Assembly (NCBI GenBank): GCA_949296365.1
Contig: CASFPZ010000016.1
Span: 17,157-81,156 of the forward strand
Reading direction: 5' to 3'
Origin: an uncultured Akkermansia sp.
GTDB taxonomy: Bacteria > Verrucomicrobiota > Verrucomicrobiia > Verrucomicrobiales > Akkermansiaceae
DNA: 64,000 nt
Shown here: positions 9,457-18,898 of the stretch, one piece after another
How positions within the stretch are numbered: position 1 is the first letter of the stretch
How the letters are laid out: every line of letters starts with the position of its first letter
Program-made: the position numbers and the translations under genes
Notes under the pieces: model-generated
Database searches by the model: none
The model's input: only the letters and a program-made list of their open reading frames with translations
What the model was told of the DNA's origin: nothing

Positions 9457-10806
9457 ATGCCGAATCAACAACCTCACCCCAGACCTTGGCGCCCTAACGC
9501 CGCTGCTGTGATCATCAGTACTGAAGGTAAAGTCTTGCTCGGCAAAGATCCGGGCAATAATGACTACTGGCACTTTCCTCAAGGTGGCGCAGTCAAAAAT
9601 GAACCCATTGAACATGCCCTTGCACGGGAAGTTTGGGAAGAAGTTGGTTTACGACCGGCTGACTATATGATCGCCCGCTCAATCTCTAACCTTAGATACA
9701 AATATCCGGAACACAACAGTAAAAGCAACAGATGGATCGGACAAAACCAAACCTACTTTCTTCTCGTTTGCAAAAATGATCATCCCAAAATATCTGTTGC
9801 AAGAAGTTCTGAGTTTTCAAAAGTCAAATGGTTTGATATACATGAATTGAAATTAAGCATTTTCCCCAAATTTAAGCGTTCAGTCATTCAAAAAGTGCTT
9901 TTGGAATTTTTCCCCGAGCATTCACAGTCCAGTCTCACCGAGACGTCTTGCGTTTCCACTTTACACCCTAATGTCCCTATCAACCAACAACTCCCTGTTA
10001 TGGATAGATACCTCGTACCACATGGTTCTAAGTTAAACTTCAAAAATTTTCCACCCGATGACAAAAACTTGTTTTCGGGGAACAAAGAAGAATCTCTCGT
10101 AGAATTTAACGCACTTTCCAAAGAGTTCCAAGAATTACAGCGTAAATTCTATGCTGAAAATAAACACCGCATGCTCATCATTTTTCAGGCTATGGATGCC
10201 GGGGGAAAAGATGGGTGTATTAGAAACGTTTTTTCCAATGGAGACCCACAAGGGATCCGCGTCATTCCATTCAAAAAGCCAACTCCTGATGAATTAGCTC
10301 ACGATTATCTGTGGCGTATTCACAAAGAAGTTCCTGGCAATGGCCAAATTGTTATCTTTAATCGTTCTCATTACGAAGACATCATTGCAGTTAAAGTAAA
10401 ACGCCTATTCCCTGATGAGGTTTGGAAACGCCGTTACCAATCAATTATTGATTTCGAGCGGATGCTTGCGGAAGAAGGCACAACAATTATCAAAATCTTT
10501 CTCAACATCTCGAAAGCAGAACAAAAAGCTAGGCTCGAAGGCAGACTCAATAATCCAGAAAAAATTTGGAAGTTCCAAATGGACGATCTGGATGACAGAA
10601 ATAGATGGGATGATTTTCAAAACGCATATAGAGACTTAATTGAAGCGACCTCATTTCCCCACGCGCCATGGTACATTATCCCAGCCAATCGTAAATGGTA
10701 TAGGAATCTCGTTGTCCTACGGTTGGTTGTCGAGAAACTCCGCAGTCTCAAATGTACTTACCCTCAGCCTATTTTCGATCCATCAACAATCAAAATTTCT
10801 GACTGA
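9457..10806 (+). CDS. Fusion of an RppH-like Nudix hydrolase and polyphosphate kinase 2 (class III-like)
   Basis: N-terminal WHFPQGG plus a complete Nudix box GGAVKNE-PIEHALA-REVWEEVGL; C-terminal QAMDAGGKDG, FKKPT..EL.HDYLWR, FNRSHYED, PWYIIPANRKWYRN. Confidence 0.9.
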   Translation: MPNQQPHPRPWRPNAAAVIISTEGKVLLGKDPGNNDYWHFPQGGAVKNEPIEHALAREVWEEVGLRPADYMIARSISNLRYKYPEHNSKSNRWIGQNQTYFLLVCKNDHPKISVARSSEFSKVKWFDIHELKLSIFPKFKRSVIQKVLLEFFPEHSQSSLTETSCVSTLHPNVPINQQLPVMDRYLVPHGSKLNFKNFPPDDKNLFSGNKEESLVEFNALSKEFQELQRKFYAENKHRMLIIFQAMDAGGKDGCIRNVFSNGDPQGIRVIPFKKPTPDELAHDYLWRIHKEVPGNGQIVIFNRSHYEDIIAVKVKRLFPDEVWKRRYQSIIDFERMLAEEGTTIIKIFLNISKAEQKARLEGRLNNPEKIWKFQMDDLDDRNRWDDFQNAYRDLIEATSFPHAPWYIIPANRKWYRNLVVLRLVVEKLRSLKCTYPQPIFDPSTIKISD

Positions 10807-10951
10807 TTTTCTCTTTCATGTCCATAATACCTAGAATTTTCATTAGCACGTTGAACGATTAATTACCATAAGGAGTCTTAAAGGAAACGCAACAATAGAA
10901 AACATGTGACATTTTCTTTTAAGTTATTTTAATGATAATTACCGACTACTT

Positions 10952-11740
10952 ATGAAAGGAAATTCTAAGACCACAAAGAAAGGAGGTTTATTACTGACCA
11001 CTGAGAGAAATGAATTTATTTTAAGACAACTAGCCGAACATGGAGCAGCCCGAACCACACTTTTGGCAAAAGCCATGAATGTAACAGACGAAACAGTTCG
11101 TAATGATTTGATTCGCTTGGAGCAGAGAGGGTACCTCATGCGAGTCCACGGAGGTGCTGTTCCCATTGCCAAGAAAATTAGCACTAATACTAGTAAGATA
11201 CACACTGCTCGCGATGTTGATTTAGCTAAAGCAGTCGTACGTTACCTCCAGCCTAAAACAACAGTTTTTCTTGATGGAGGTATATTTGGGGGACTTATAG
11301 CTTCGTATCTGCCTGCAAATAATATGACGATCGTTACAAATTCCCCAATCATTTTTAACCAGTTAAAAGACGAGCCTCATATTAATATCTATGCCACCGG
11401 AGGTCTTTTCGATCGAGAATCCAACCTCTTTTTAGGACGTCGTGCAGTTGAATCCATTAGCCATATGGCGATGGATCTAGCCATTCTAATCGCCGATTCA
11501 TTTATTCCTGGCCGAGGGCCAGGATTCACCAACCTGGGAAAAGCGGATTTCTTTGAAGCTATTGTTCCTTTAGTACGTTCTTTTTATGTCGTGTGTCCCG
11601 CCTCTGCTTACCAAGAAAATGTTTCCTATTTTCCCATCTCGTCATCAAATATACATAAATTGATGACTATTGCTGAAAATATTGGGAACGAAGATCTCAT
11701 CACAATCAACCGAGAGGGCATACAGGTTGAGGTCGTTTAG
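10952..11740 (+). CDS. DeoR/GlpR family transcriptional regulator
   Basis: ERNEFIL...NVTDETVRNDLIRLEQRGYLMRVHGGA HTH; VFLDGG and IVTNS sensor motifs. Confidence 0.92.
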   Translation: MKGNSKTTKKGGLLLTTERNEFILRQLAEHGAARTTLLAKAMNVTDETVRNDLIRLEQRGYLMRVHGGAVPIAKKISTNTSKIHTARDVDLAKAVVRYLQPKTTVFLDGGIFGGLIASYLPANNMTIVTNSPIIFNQLKDEPHINIYATGGLFDRESNLFLGRRAVESISHMAMDLAILIADSFIPGRGPGFTNLGKADFFEAIVPLVRSFYVVCPASAYQENVSYFPISSSNIHKLMTIAENIGNEDLITINREGIQVEVV

Positions 11741-11801
11741 TACTTGCGAATCATTGAGATATTCACGCTATTTTCAATCATAGAGTTTTGTTCTATTCTT
11801 T

Positions 11802-13028
11802 ATGAGAATCGGCCTTATCCAACCAGATGTTATACCAGGGGATTTTCCCAAAAACCTCAGATCGATTATCGAAGCCTACCGAGCATGCATTGACGATGAA
11901 GCACAACTCGTCATCGCTCCGGCTATGAGCTTGAGTGGGCCCCATCCAGGAGAACTCCTTGCTCGCTCAGCATACATTTGCGAGCATGAAAGCGCTCTCC
12001 AATACATGTGTCGAGAAATAGCCGACATACCTCTTATTATGGGGTCTATCTCTGGTCTATCGTCTAATTATCAGCCTATTTGCAATCGTTACCTTTTGAC
12101 GCATGACCACCTCAAATGCCTGTCTCCATCTGAAAGCATAGTTTCTATCCAGAATCACCAGATATTAATAGAACATTCAGAAACCATTCCACTACGATCG
12201 TCCGAGGACAACATAGTAGATCTCATCTTATGCCTGCCTAGCAATCCCTGGCAAATCGAACGATCAAATAACTGGTTGTCAGTTGCTTCTGAAGCAGCAC
12301 GATCTTGGCACGCCCCCACCATTGTTGTACAGCATGCAGGCGGATCAGGAGAATTCGTTTTTCCGGGCAATTCCATGGTATGGAGCTCACTAGGACATTG
12401 GGTTGGGGGGCTTCCTCTATTTACAGCAGCTGATCGAGTATTCGATACTTGTCTCCAAGCTTTACCCCCCACCCTCCCAACTTTGAGATCGCAAATCCTC
12501 CTGGCTATTCAAACCTCCATCCGCAGTCTGCTCATCAAAGGAGGATTCGAAGGTGTTTTGTTGTTGAAAGAAGATGTTCCGGCCTGTCACCTATTAATAC
12601 AATTAGTTAAGCAAATTATAGGAGAAGTTCCCCAGATGGTTCAACCATTGAATCAACCCACTCCCCTAGAAATAGCAACCTCCCAGAATAGCCTTTTACT
12701 TTCACCTTGTTCCAAGAACCAACGTCTATTTGAAAATGTACCCTTAGCGCACTATGCTCCCTGCGCTGACTTATGGGATAGCGAACTTATTCAATTAGTT
12801 GATCCTAAAATTACAAATTGGTCAGAAAAAGATCGGGTCCTCAATTTGCTCGTCGACAACCATCGTTCAGGGACCGACTTGATTGCCGACGGATTTCCTG
12901 AACTTTTAGTACGTCAACTCCAACGCCAACTCGAACGATCGCGTTGGTTGCGTCACACCAACATACCTTGGCTTCACATGCATGGCGCCACATTGCCAAG
13001 TCCCCTTTTGCACCGTTTTTCCGACTAA
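11802..13028 (+). CDS. Degenerate glutamine-dependent NAD synthetase-like protein (nitrilase domain plus eroded NadE domain)
   Basis: MRIGLIQ...GDFPKNL, GGSGEFVFPGNS, C-terminal LVRQLQRQLERSRWLR. The catalytic PEL is PAM and SGGxDS is absent. Confidence 0.65.
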   Translation: MRIGLIQPDVIPGDFPKNLRSIIEAYRACIDDEAQLVIAPAMSLSGPHPGELLARSAYICEHESALQYMCREIADIPLIMGSISGLSSNYQPICNRYLLTHDHLKCLSPSESIVSIQNHQILIEHSETIPLRSSEDNIVDLILCLPSNPWQIERSNNWLSVASEAARSWHAPTIVVQHAGGSGEFVFPGNSMVWSSLGHWVGGLPLFTAADRVFDTCLQALPPTLPTLRSQILLAIQTSIRSLLIKGGFEGVLLLKEDVPACHLLIQLVKQIIGEVPQMVQPLNQPTPLEIATSQNSLLLSPCSKNQRLFENVPLAHYAPCADLWDSELIQLVDPKITNWSEKDRVLNLLVDNHRSGTDLIADGFPELLVRQLQRQLERSRWLRHTNIPWLHMHGATLPSPLLHRFSD

Positions 13029-13140
13029 ACACCAACTATCCTCATCCACCTCACAGTTCATCAGGATTGAACATAGTTCTGGCCAGCCAAGCACTGAATA
13101 TTCCCGGTCAGGTTAGATCTCAGCACACCGATCACTGAGA

Positions 13141-13950
13141 TCAAACGTTTAACGCATCAATCTGTTGAGGCGTCAGCCAACGATGGTAATTCGCAATCGC
13201 TTTGTAAACAAAGTCTAATCCAGTTTCAACAGCGAGCGCCAAAGGCATACCCTTCGCCAATGAAGCAGTAATAGCGGCCGACAGCGTACACCCAGTGCCA
13301 TGGGTATACACCCCCTGTAATTTAGGTCTAGCCCATTCGTACGTTTTACCCTCAGAATCAATAAGCACATCACGGCAAACACCATCCAAATGACCACCTT
13401 TTAACAAGACAGCACATTTGTAACGGTAGACCATTTCGCTAGCAGCATCTTTCAATTGATCCGGGCTAGTAATAGGAGCACCATCCAATAAAGCAGCAGC
13501 TTCATCCAAATTAGGAGTCAAAAGCGTTGCTAATGGGAACAATTCAGATTCATACACCTCGATCGCTTCCTTGCGCATCAAAGGAGTACCAGCTGTCGCA
13601 ATCATGACAGGATCCACAACCAGAGGTAATTTCCATTCGTATAACTCAGCAGCCAATACATTCACAATAGGCGGAGAATATAGCATCCCCGTCTTTATAG
13701 CTTTTACAGGGAACGAGGAGAGACATAGACGGACCTGGTCAGCCACGAGACCAGTTTCAATTTCCTGAATACCGCGTACTTGTCCTGGAATTTCAGATAC
13801 GACACAAGTCACAGCCGTTAAAGCATAAACACCCAAATTATGAGCCGTTTTGAGATCAGTCTGCAACCCAGCTCCCGAAGAACAATCCGAACCAGCAACG
13901 GTCAAAATCACAGGTGGAGCATTAAGTACATGTCTAGAATCATTTTCCAT
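13141..13950 (-). CDS. thiD: Hydroxymethylpyrimidine/phosphomethylpyrimidine kinase
   Basis: LTVAGSDCSSGAGLQTDLKT, KTGML, VVDPVM, TPNLDEA, KGGHL, HGTGCTLSAAI. Confidence 0.96.
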   Translation of the reverse strand: MENDSRHVLNAPPVILTVAGSDCSSGAGLQTDLKTAHNLGVYALTAVTCVVSEIPGQVRGIQEIETGLVADQVRLCLSSFPVKAIKTGMLYSPPIVNVLAAELYEWKLPLVVDPVMIATAGTPLMRKEAIEVYESELFPLATLLTPNLDEAAALLDGAPITSPDQLKDAASEMVYRYKCAVLLKGGHLDGVCRDVLIDSEGKTYEWARPKLQGVYTHGTGCTLSAAITASLAKGMPLALAVETGLDFVYKAIANYHRWLTPQQIDALNV

Positions 13951-14213
13951 AATGTTTATTTAGCACATTCTGCTAAAAAAAACACACAAATCCACGCAAT
14001 GTCACAAGAAAGTGTCCAGTTCTATTTGGGCAAATTTCGAGAGTCCAACCACCTCTTATCTTTCAACGAAGACGATGTCCAGTATAACAGGATCCGTTAA
14101 GCAACGAGGATTCAAGATTTCATTCATGTTTTGAGACAAGATTGAGTATTGCTATATTTCCTTTTTTAATTAATATTGAGGTATCGAGCATAACTGTTCA
14201 GCCCTCATCAATT

Positions 14214-14819
14214 ATGAAAAGATTGGTAACTATTCTGCTTGTCGGGTGTTGCATAGCGACGACCACCTTTGCAGTTGACGAAGGATTTGACGAAACGGGG
14301 CCTCACGTCCGCGTCGTCCGTCATGATGACGGATCGCGAAGCATCTTCAAAAAACTTCCCAACCAAAAAGGCATGCAGAAAAGAATGTACAGTGCCGATG
14401 GGATTTTGATTTCGATTACGCAGTACGCGACAGGCAAGTGGGGACAATTGACCGGTTGCAAAATTTATGATAGCAATAAGAATGAGATTTATAAGGTTTC
14501 TTACGGTTACGACAAGCGTACAGCACGTCTACTTGAAGAACGGATGTTCGATTCCAAGACCAATCTATTGTTACGCCGATTTATCTACACATACGATGCA
14601 GCGGGAAACCGCAGTAAACCTCTCTGCATCAATATTAGAAAAGATGTAGCCGAAGAGTATAAAAAGAAAGTGACAGAAAAAGTTGGCGCAGAAGAATACA
14701 ACAAAATGATCATGGGGCCGTCCATGCCCGAAAAAGATCCCTTTGCAGACGACCCAAGTCGGGCGACACCAGGCATCACGCCCATTGCGCCAGACAAACC
14801 AGCTCCAAAATCCAAGTAA
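14214..14819 (+). CDS. Secreted hypothetical protein with YD-like beta repeats
   Basis: Signal peptide MKRLVTILLVGCC; YTYDAAGNR and VSYGYD YD-like motifs; Pro-rich tail. Confidence 0.6.
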   Translation: MKRLVTILLVGCCIATTTFAVDEGFDETGPHVRVVRHDDGSRSIFKKLPNQKGMQKRMYSADGILISITQYATGKWGQLTGCKIYDSNKNEIYKVSYGYDKRTARLLEERMFDSKTNLLLRRFIYTYDAAGNRSKPLCINIRKDVAEEYKKKVTEKVGAEEYNKMIMGPSMPEKDPFADDPSRATPGITPIAPDKPAPKSK

Positions 14820-14860
14820 CGGTTTAGATTAACAAACCCTAATTAGAATTTTCAGTAGTC

Positions 14861-14889
14861 TTGACAGAGTAAGGACTCATGTCTATTTT
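14861..14889 (+). promoter_or_regulatory. Sigma70-type promoter of the corrin operon, overlapping a hairpin
   Basis: TTGACA (14861-66), 17 bp spacer, TATTTT (14884-89), directly before the riboswitch. Confidence 0.55.
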
Positions 14890-15062
14890 TTAGGCCACCT
14901 AACGGGGAATTCCGTGAGAACCGGAAACAGTCGCGCTGCGGTATCGGGTTACGACTCTTCAACGCTGTCTTTTTTATAAGGCAGATCCAGCCAGTCTCAT
15001 TTTCGTATGGGGTGAAGGCGAAGAGAAGAAATGAAGCCCGGAGTCCGAATATCCGTCGGAGA
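14888..15062 (+). ncRNA. Cobalamin (B12) riboswitch
   Basis: AACGGGGAAT-TCCGTGAGAACCGGAAACAGTCGCGCTGCGGTA core, ...GGTGAAGGCG..., 3' GAGTCCGAATATCCGTC; immediately upstream of cbiL. Confidence 0.9.
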
Positions 15063-15083
15063 ATAACATATTAAATTCAACGC

Positions 15084-15812
15084 ATGATTGAAGATTCTTC
15101 ACAACAAGGCAACTTGGGGAAGTTTTATGGAGTTGGGATTGGCCCAGGAGACCCGACTTACTTAACCGTAAAAGCGGTCCAAGTATTCACGAATTTAGTT
15201 GATGTCATTTTTACCGTTTCGGGGCCAAAGACCGAAACCAGTGTTTCCGAATCCGTTGTAAGATCGCTTCCTTTTCGGGGGAAAATTGTTCCGCTTGTTT
15301 TTTCTATGTCTAGGAACAGTGAAGAGCGACAACTCCAGGTCGTACACAATGCCGGGATCGTTCGTGACATGCTCAAACAAGGGTTGAATTGTGCTTTTGC
15401 GACTTTAGGAGATACAATGACTTACAGTACATTTGGTTATATCCTCAAGTTTTTAAAGCAGACATTGCCCGATCTCCAAACAGAAATTATTCCAGGCATC
15501 ACCTCCTTTGCCACTTTGTCAGCGCATTCCCAGACAGTCCTCGTTGAAGATCGGGAACAATTAAGAATCATCCCTGCTTTCAAAGCCGACATGGTCGATT
15601 CCATTGAATTTCCACCATCGTCAACAACAGTGCTCATGAAGACATACAAATCACGGGACGCCTTGATCCAAAGGTTGCTTCATGAACCAGGAGTCAGCAT
15701 CGTATACGGAGAACGACTGGGAATGGAGGACGAATTCATCACCAGCGATCCTCAGGAAATTTTAAAAAGGCCAGAGACCTATTTATCCCTCATGATGGTG
15801 AAAAAGTCATGA
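15084..15812 (+). CDS. cbiL: Cobalt-precorrin-2 C20-methyltransferase
   Basis: FYGVGIGPGDPTYLTVKA, FATLGDTMTYST, IIPGITS, VLMK; first gene after the B12 riboswitch. Confidence 0.9.
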   Translation: MIEDSSQQGNLGKFYGVGIGPGDPTYLTVKAVQVFTNLVDVIFTVSGPKTETSVSESVVRSLPFRGKIVPLVFSMSRNSEERQLQVVHNAGIVRDMLKQGLNCAFATLGDTMTYSTFGYILKFLKQTLPDLQTEIIPGITSFATLSAHSQTVLVEDREQLRIIPAFKADMVDSIEFPPSSTTVLMKTYKSRDALIQRLLHEPGVSIVYGERLGMEDEFITSDPQEILKRPETYLSLMMVKKS

Positions 15813-17068
15813 ACAAGTCCAAACGTTCAAGTTTGCCACCTTGGAAGCGACCTTGGCAATGGTTTTGGTTCACACTTGCTCTCATCTCCTCGTTAATATT
15901 GATAGCAATCATGCCCGCAGGGTCCGGGACAAAGATGAAAAAAAGGCCGAGTGCGGCAACAACAGTTCAACTCACGCAACCAATTGATTCGTCTCGCAAT
16001 CAATCAGAACGACAACAGCACACAAGCTCGACAAATTCTGACAAATCGCCCAGCCCTACAGCTTCAGGGAACCGGCATCAACCAACAAAAAATGCAAGTT
16101 TCCTTCACAAACTTGTGTTGAAAGCCTCCGATATTGGGAAGTTATTTTTTATGGTTTCCATCGCGGCCTTGATTGGTAGTATTGCTGAAGCTCGTAAATA
16201 CCATTTAATTTTTGGTTTTATCTTGAAGCGGTTTTCAAAAATGATGCGCCTTCCAGTCATTGTAGGTTTAGCAATGCCGACAGCCCTTTATTCCAGCACC
16301 GCAGCCAACAGCATGCTTGTTAGTAGCCATGCCGAAGGGAAAATCGAGCATTCATCCCTCATTGCCGGAGGCATGGCCAACAGTTACTTAGCCTACGTCT
16401 CTCATTCTCTGCGAATCATGTATCCCGTCATCGGCGCAGTAGGCCTTCCAGGACTTATGTATTTTGGCGGGCAGTTTTTCCTAGGTTTTCTTTTTATTCT
16501 CGGTGTTTTGTTATGGCACAGGCGTCGTATTCTTCGCCATGCTGAACAATTAGGAGGCGATACAACAGTTTACCAGGAGGAAACACCCGATAAAATTCCT
16601 TTACCTTGGAAACAAACATTCGTCAAAGCAGGAACACGCATAGGCACACTGTTATTTCGGATGATGTTGTTAACAGTGCCACTTATGCTCTTTGTCGAAT
16701 GGTTGATGAAAAAGGGAATTTTTGAATTTTGGGAGCAACACATTCCATCGCAAGTCACCCGGATTTTCCCTTCCGAACTAGTTAGCATCGTCTTCACACA
16801 AGTGGGAGGATTAGTCCAATCGGCTTCTATAGCAGCCAATCTACGCGATTATGGAGTGATCACCAATTCTCAGATTTTGTTGGCAATGTTAGTGGGCAAT
16901 GCAGTAGGCAACCCCTTTCGAATGCTACGACGCAATCTTCCCTCTGCCTTGGGAATTTTCCCAACAAAAGAGGCACTAACAATTGTCTTTGGCATGCAAA
17001 TTTCCCGCATTATTTGTACTATTTTGTTAATCGTTATCACTGCCTTGTTTATCCACTACACACATTAA
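15809..17068 (+). CDS. Multi-pass membrane protein (Gate/nucleoside-recognition-like), candidate cobalt or corrinoid transporter
   Basis: About 8-9 hydrophobic segments in two similar halves; overlaps the cbiL stop (ATGA); sits inside the riboswitch-controlled operon. Confidence 0.6.
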   Translation: MNKSKRSSLPPWKRPWQWFWFTLALISSLILIAIMPAGSGTKMKKRPSAATTVQLTQPIDSSRNQSERQQHTSSTNSDKSPSPTASGNRHQPTKNASFLHKLVLKASDIGKLFFMVSIAALIGSIAEARKYHLIFGFILKRFSKMMRLPVIVGLAMPTALYSSTAANSMLVSSHAEGKIEHSSLIAGGMANSYLAYVSHSLRIMYPVIGAVGLPGLMYFGGQFFLGFLFILGVLLWHRRRILRHAEQLGGDTTVYQEETPDKIPLPWKQTFVKAGTRIGTLLFRMMLLTVPLMLFVEWLMKKGIFEFWEQHIPSQVTRIFPSELVSIVFTQVGGLVQSASIAANLRDYGVITNSQILLAMLVGNAVGNPFRMLRRNLPSALGIFPTKEALTIVFGMQISRIICTILLIVITALFIHYTH

Positions 17069-17077
17069 CATCCATCT

Positions 17078-17758
17078 ATGAAACCCGCTGTTGATGATCC
17101 ATATCCGACTTTGAGGTGGAGCCTCCGAGCAGATGAAATAGAAAGCGAAAGTTTTCGAACGATCGACACGGAGTGTGCAACCATTCGCCAATCGATGCCA
17201 TTACCACTCTGGCGCATTGCTAGGCGCTTGATCCACACAACAGCAGATCCTTCTATAGCCGATACTCTGCATTTCCGCAACAATCCAGTCGAATGCGGTC
17301 TAGAAGCACTCAGTCGCAAAGCCCCCCTGTTCTGCGATTCGACGATGATTCGTTCTGGCATTTCACTTTCACGGCTCCGTCAAGTTAATCCGGCTTACGA
17401 ACCCGGCGACCTTCACTGTTTTATCAAGGATCCCGACATTATTGAAAACTCAAAAGAGACCGGCCATACTCGAGCTATATGTTCTGCCGAGAAAGCCAAA
17501 CGAATCGGTATTTTAGAGGGAAGCATCGTTCTAATAGGCAATGCACCTTTAGCGCTTGCGCGCATCGCCGAATACATACTTCAAGACGGGATACGACCAT
17601 CACTAGTAATTGGCATGCCAGTTGGTTTTGTCAATGTTGTTGAATCCAAACAACTGTTAGCAAAGTGTGATGTTCCACAAATTGTTATCGATGGGCGGCG
17701 AGGGGGGAGTCCGCTTGCAGTCGCGACCTTACATGCAATCATCGAAAGCGCTCATTAA
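17078..17758 (+). CDS. cbiC: Cobalt-precorrin-8 methylmutase
   Basis: IESESFRTI, RLIHTTAD, IGNAPLAL, IGMPVGFVNVVESK, GRRGGSPLAVA. Confidence 0.95.
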   Translation: MKPAVDDPYPTLRWSLRADEIESESFRTIDTECATIRQSMPLPLWRIARRLIHTTADPSIADTLHFRNNPVECGLEALSRKAPLFCDSTMIRSGISLSRLRQVNPAYEPGDLHCFIKDPDIIENSKETGHTRAICSAEKAKRIGILEGSIVLIGNAPLALARIAEYILQDGIRPSLVIGMPVGFVNVVESKQLLAKCDVPQIVIDGRRGGSPLAVATLHAIIESAH

Positions 17759-17761
17759 TCC

Positions 17762-18898
17762 ATGCAGACTGATCGTCACCATCTTAGAACAGGGTTCTCG
17801 ACAGGTGCCTGTGTCTCTGCCGTGATTTTGGCGGCTTTTCGCTCTTACACCACACCCCAGTTTCATGAGGAACTCACTCAGACACTGCTCTTTCCTGATG
17901 GTCAGCAACGTCTATTGACGCTACTTGAGGTTCATCCTGGTTTTGCCTCAATCATTAAAGACGGAGGGGACGATCCAGACTGTACTCATGGCGCAGAAAT
18001 CTATGCTCGTCTCCGACCAGCACAGATCGATGAATTGGGGGAACATGATTATCTCGTTTCTAATCAACACTCTTGCCACGTCATCCTGCGAGCAGTCGAG
18101 GGTATAGGCCTCTGTACGCGGTTAGGACTTGACTGCGAACGCAACCACTGGGCAATCAATATCGGCCCACGCCAAATGCTCCAAGCGAATCTTCCTCAAG
18201 TTCCCGGGTGTTTTTTAGCTGAAATTGGCGTCAAACAAGGAGAAGAACTAGCCCATAAAACACTCAATCCACGCCTCGGAATCCAAGGTGGCATCTCCAT
18301 ATTAGGCACAACAGGGTTAGTCAGGCCATTCAGTAACGAAGCCTACATTGCAACCATTCGTATTTGTCTGCGTTCGATCAATCTATCCGGGGGGACTCAG
18401 GCAGTTCTATGTACAGGGGGGCGGACTCAAAAAACAGCCCAAAGCATCTTACAACACTTGCCAGAAACGGCTTTCATATGCATCGGCGATTTTATTCAAG
18501 ACAGTATCCAAGCAGCCCAACAACAGCATATTAACCACATCATACTCTCCTGCATGCCAGGCAAACTCTGTAAATACGCTGCTGGTTTTCAAAATACCCA
18601 TGCGCATAAAGTTGACCAAGCTATGCATCTTTTCTCTGAGGTTTACCATTCTCTTTTGGATCATACCCGATCCGCCCAACCTGAAATCAGTTCCCATTCA
18701 AGCATCAGACAAGCTTTAGAATATGTCGAGCCTCAACTGATTATACCACTTTACCGAGCATTTTGCAAATTAGCCTATGAGCATTTTTCAACATGGGCTC
18801 CAGGCATAACAGTTCGTTTCTTGATCTGCGATTTCGATGGGACCTTGCTACTGGATATCATTCATTCTTCTGATCCCCATCAGCCATGCCACCCTTAA
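17762..18898 (+). CDS. cbiD: Cobalt-precorrin-5B C1-methyltransferase
   Basis: LRTGFSTGACV, IKDGGDDPDCTHGA, TLNPRLGIQGGISILGTTG, IGDFI. Confidence 0.96.
   Translation: MQTDRHHLRTGFSTGACVSAVILAAFRSYTTPQFHEELTQTLLFPDGQQRLLTLLEVHPGFASIIKDGGDDPDCTHGAEIYARLRPAQIDELGEHDYLVSNQHSCHVILRAVEGIGLCTRLGLDCERNHWAINIGPRQMLQANLPQVPGCFLAEIGVKQGEELAHKTLNPRLGIQGGISILGTTGLVRPFSNEAYIATIRICLRSINLSGGTQAVLCTGGRTQKTAQSILQHLPETAFICIGDFIQDSIQAAQQQHINHIILSCMPGKLCKYAAGFQNTHAHKVDQAMHLFSEVYHSLLDHTRSAQPEISSHSSIRQALEYVEPQLIIPLYRAFCKLAYEHFSTWAPGITVRFLICDFDGTLLLDIIHSSDPHQPCHP

Noticed and set aside
10897-10920. AGAAAA-CATGTGACA-TTTTCT upstream of the DeoR regulator as an operator
   Set aside because: The symmetry is limited to A/T runs in AT-rich DNA and is too weak to call.
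13060-13140. TPP-riboswitch-like words on the minus strand (GCTGAGA, AACCTGA, GGGAAT) next to thiD
   Set aside because: It lies 3' of thiD with no gene downstream on that strand, and the P2 ACCC and P4/P5 pairings are missing. It needs an Infernal RF00059 scan and is probably coincidence.
13999-14100. 33-codon ORF MSQESVQF... in the thiD divergent intergenic region
   Set aside because: No RBS or recognisable motif; it cannot be distinguished from chance.
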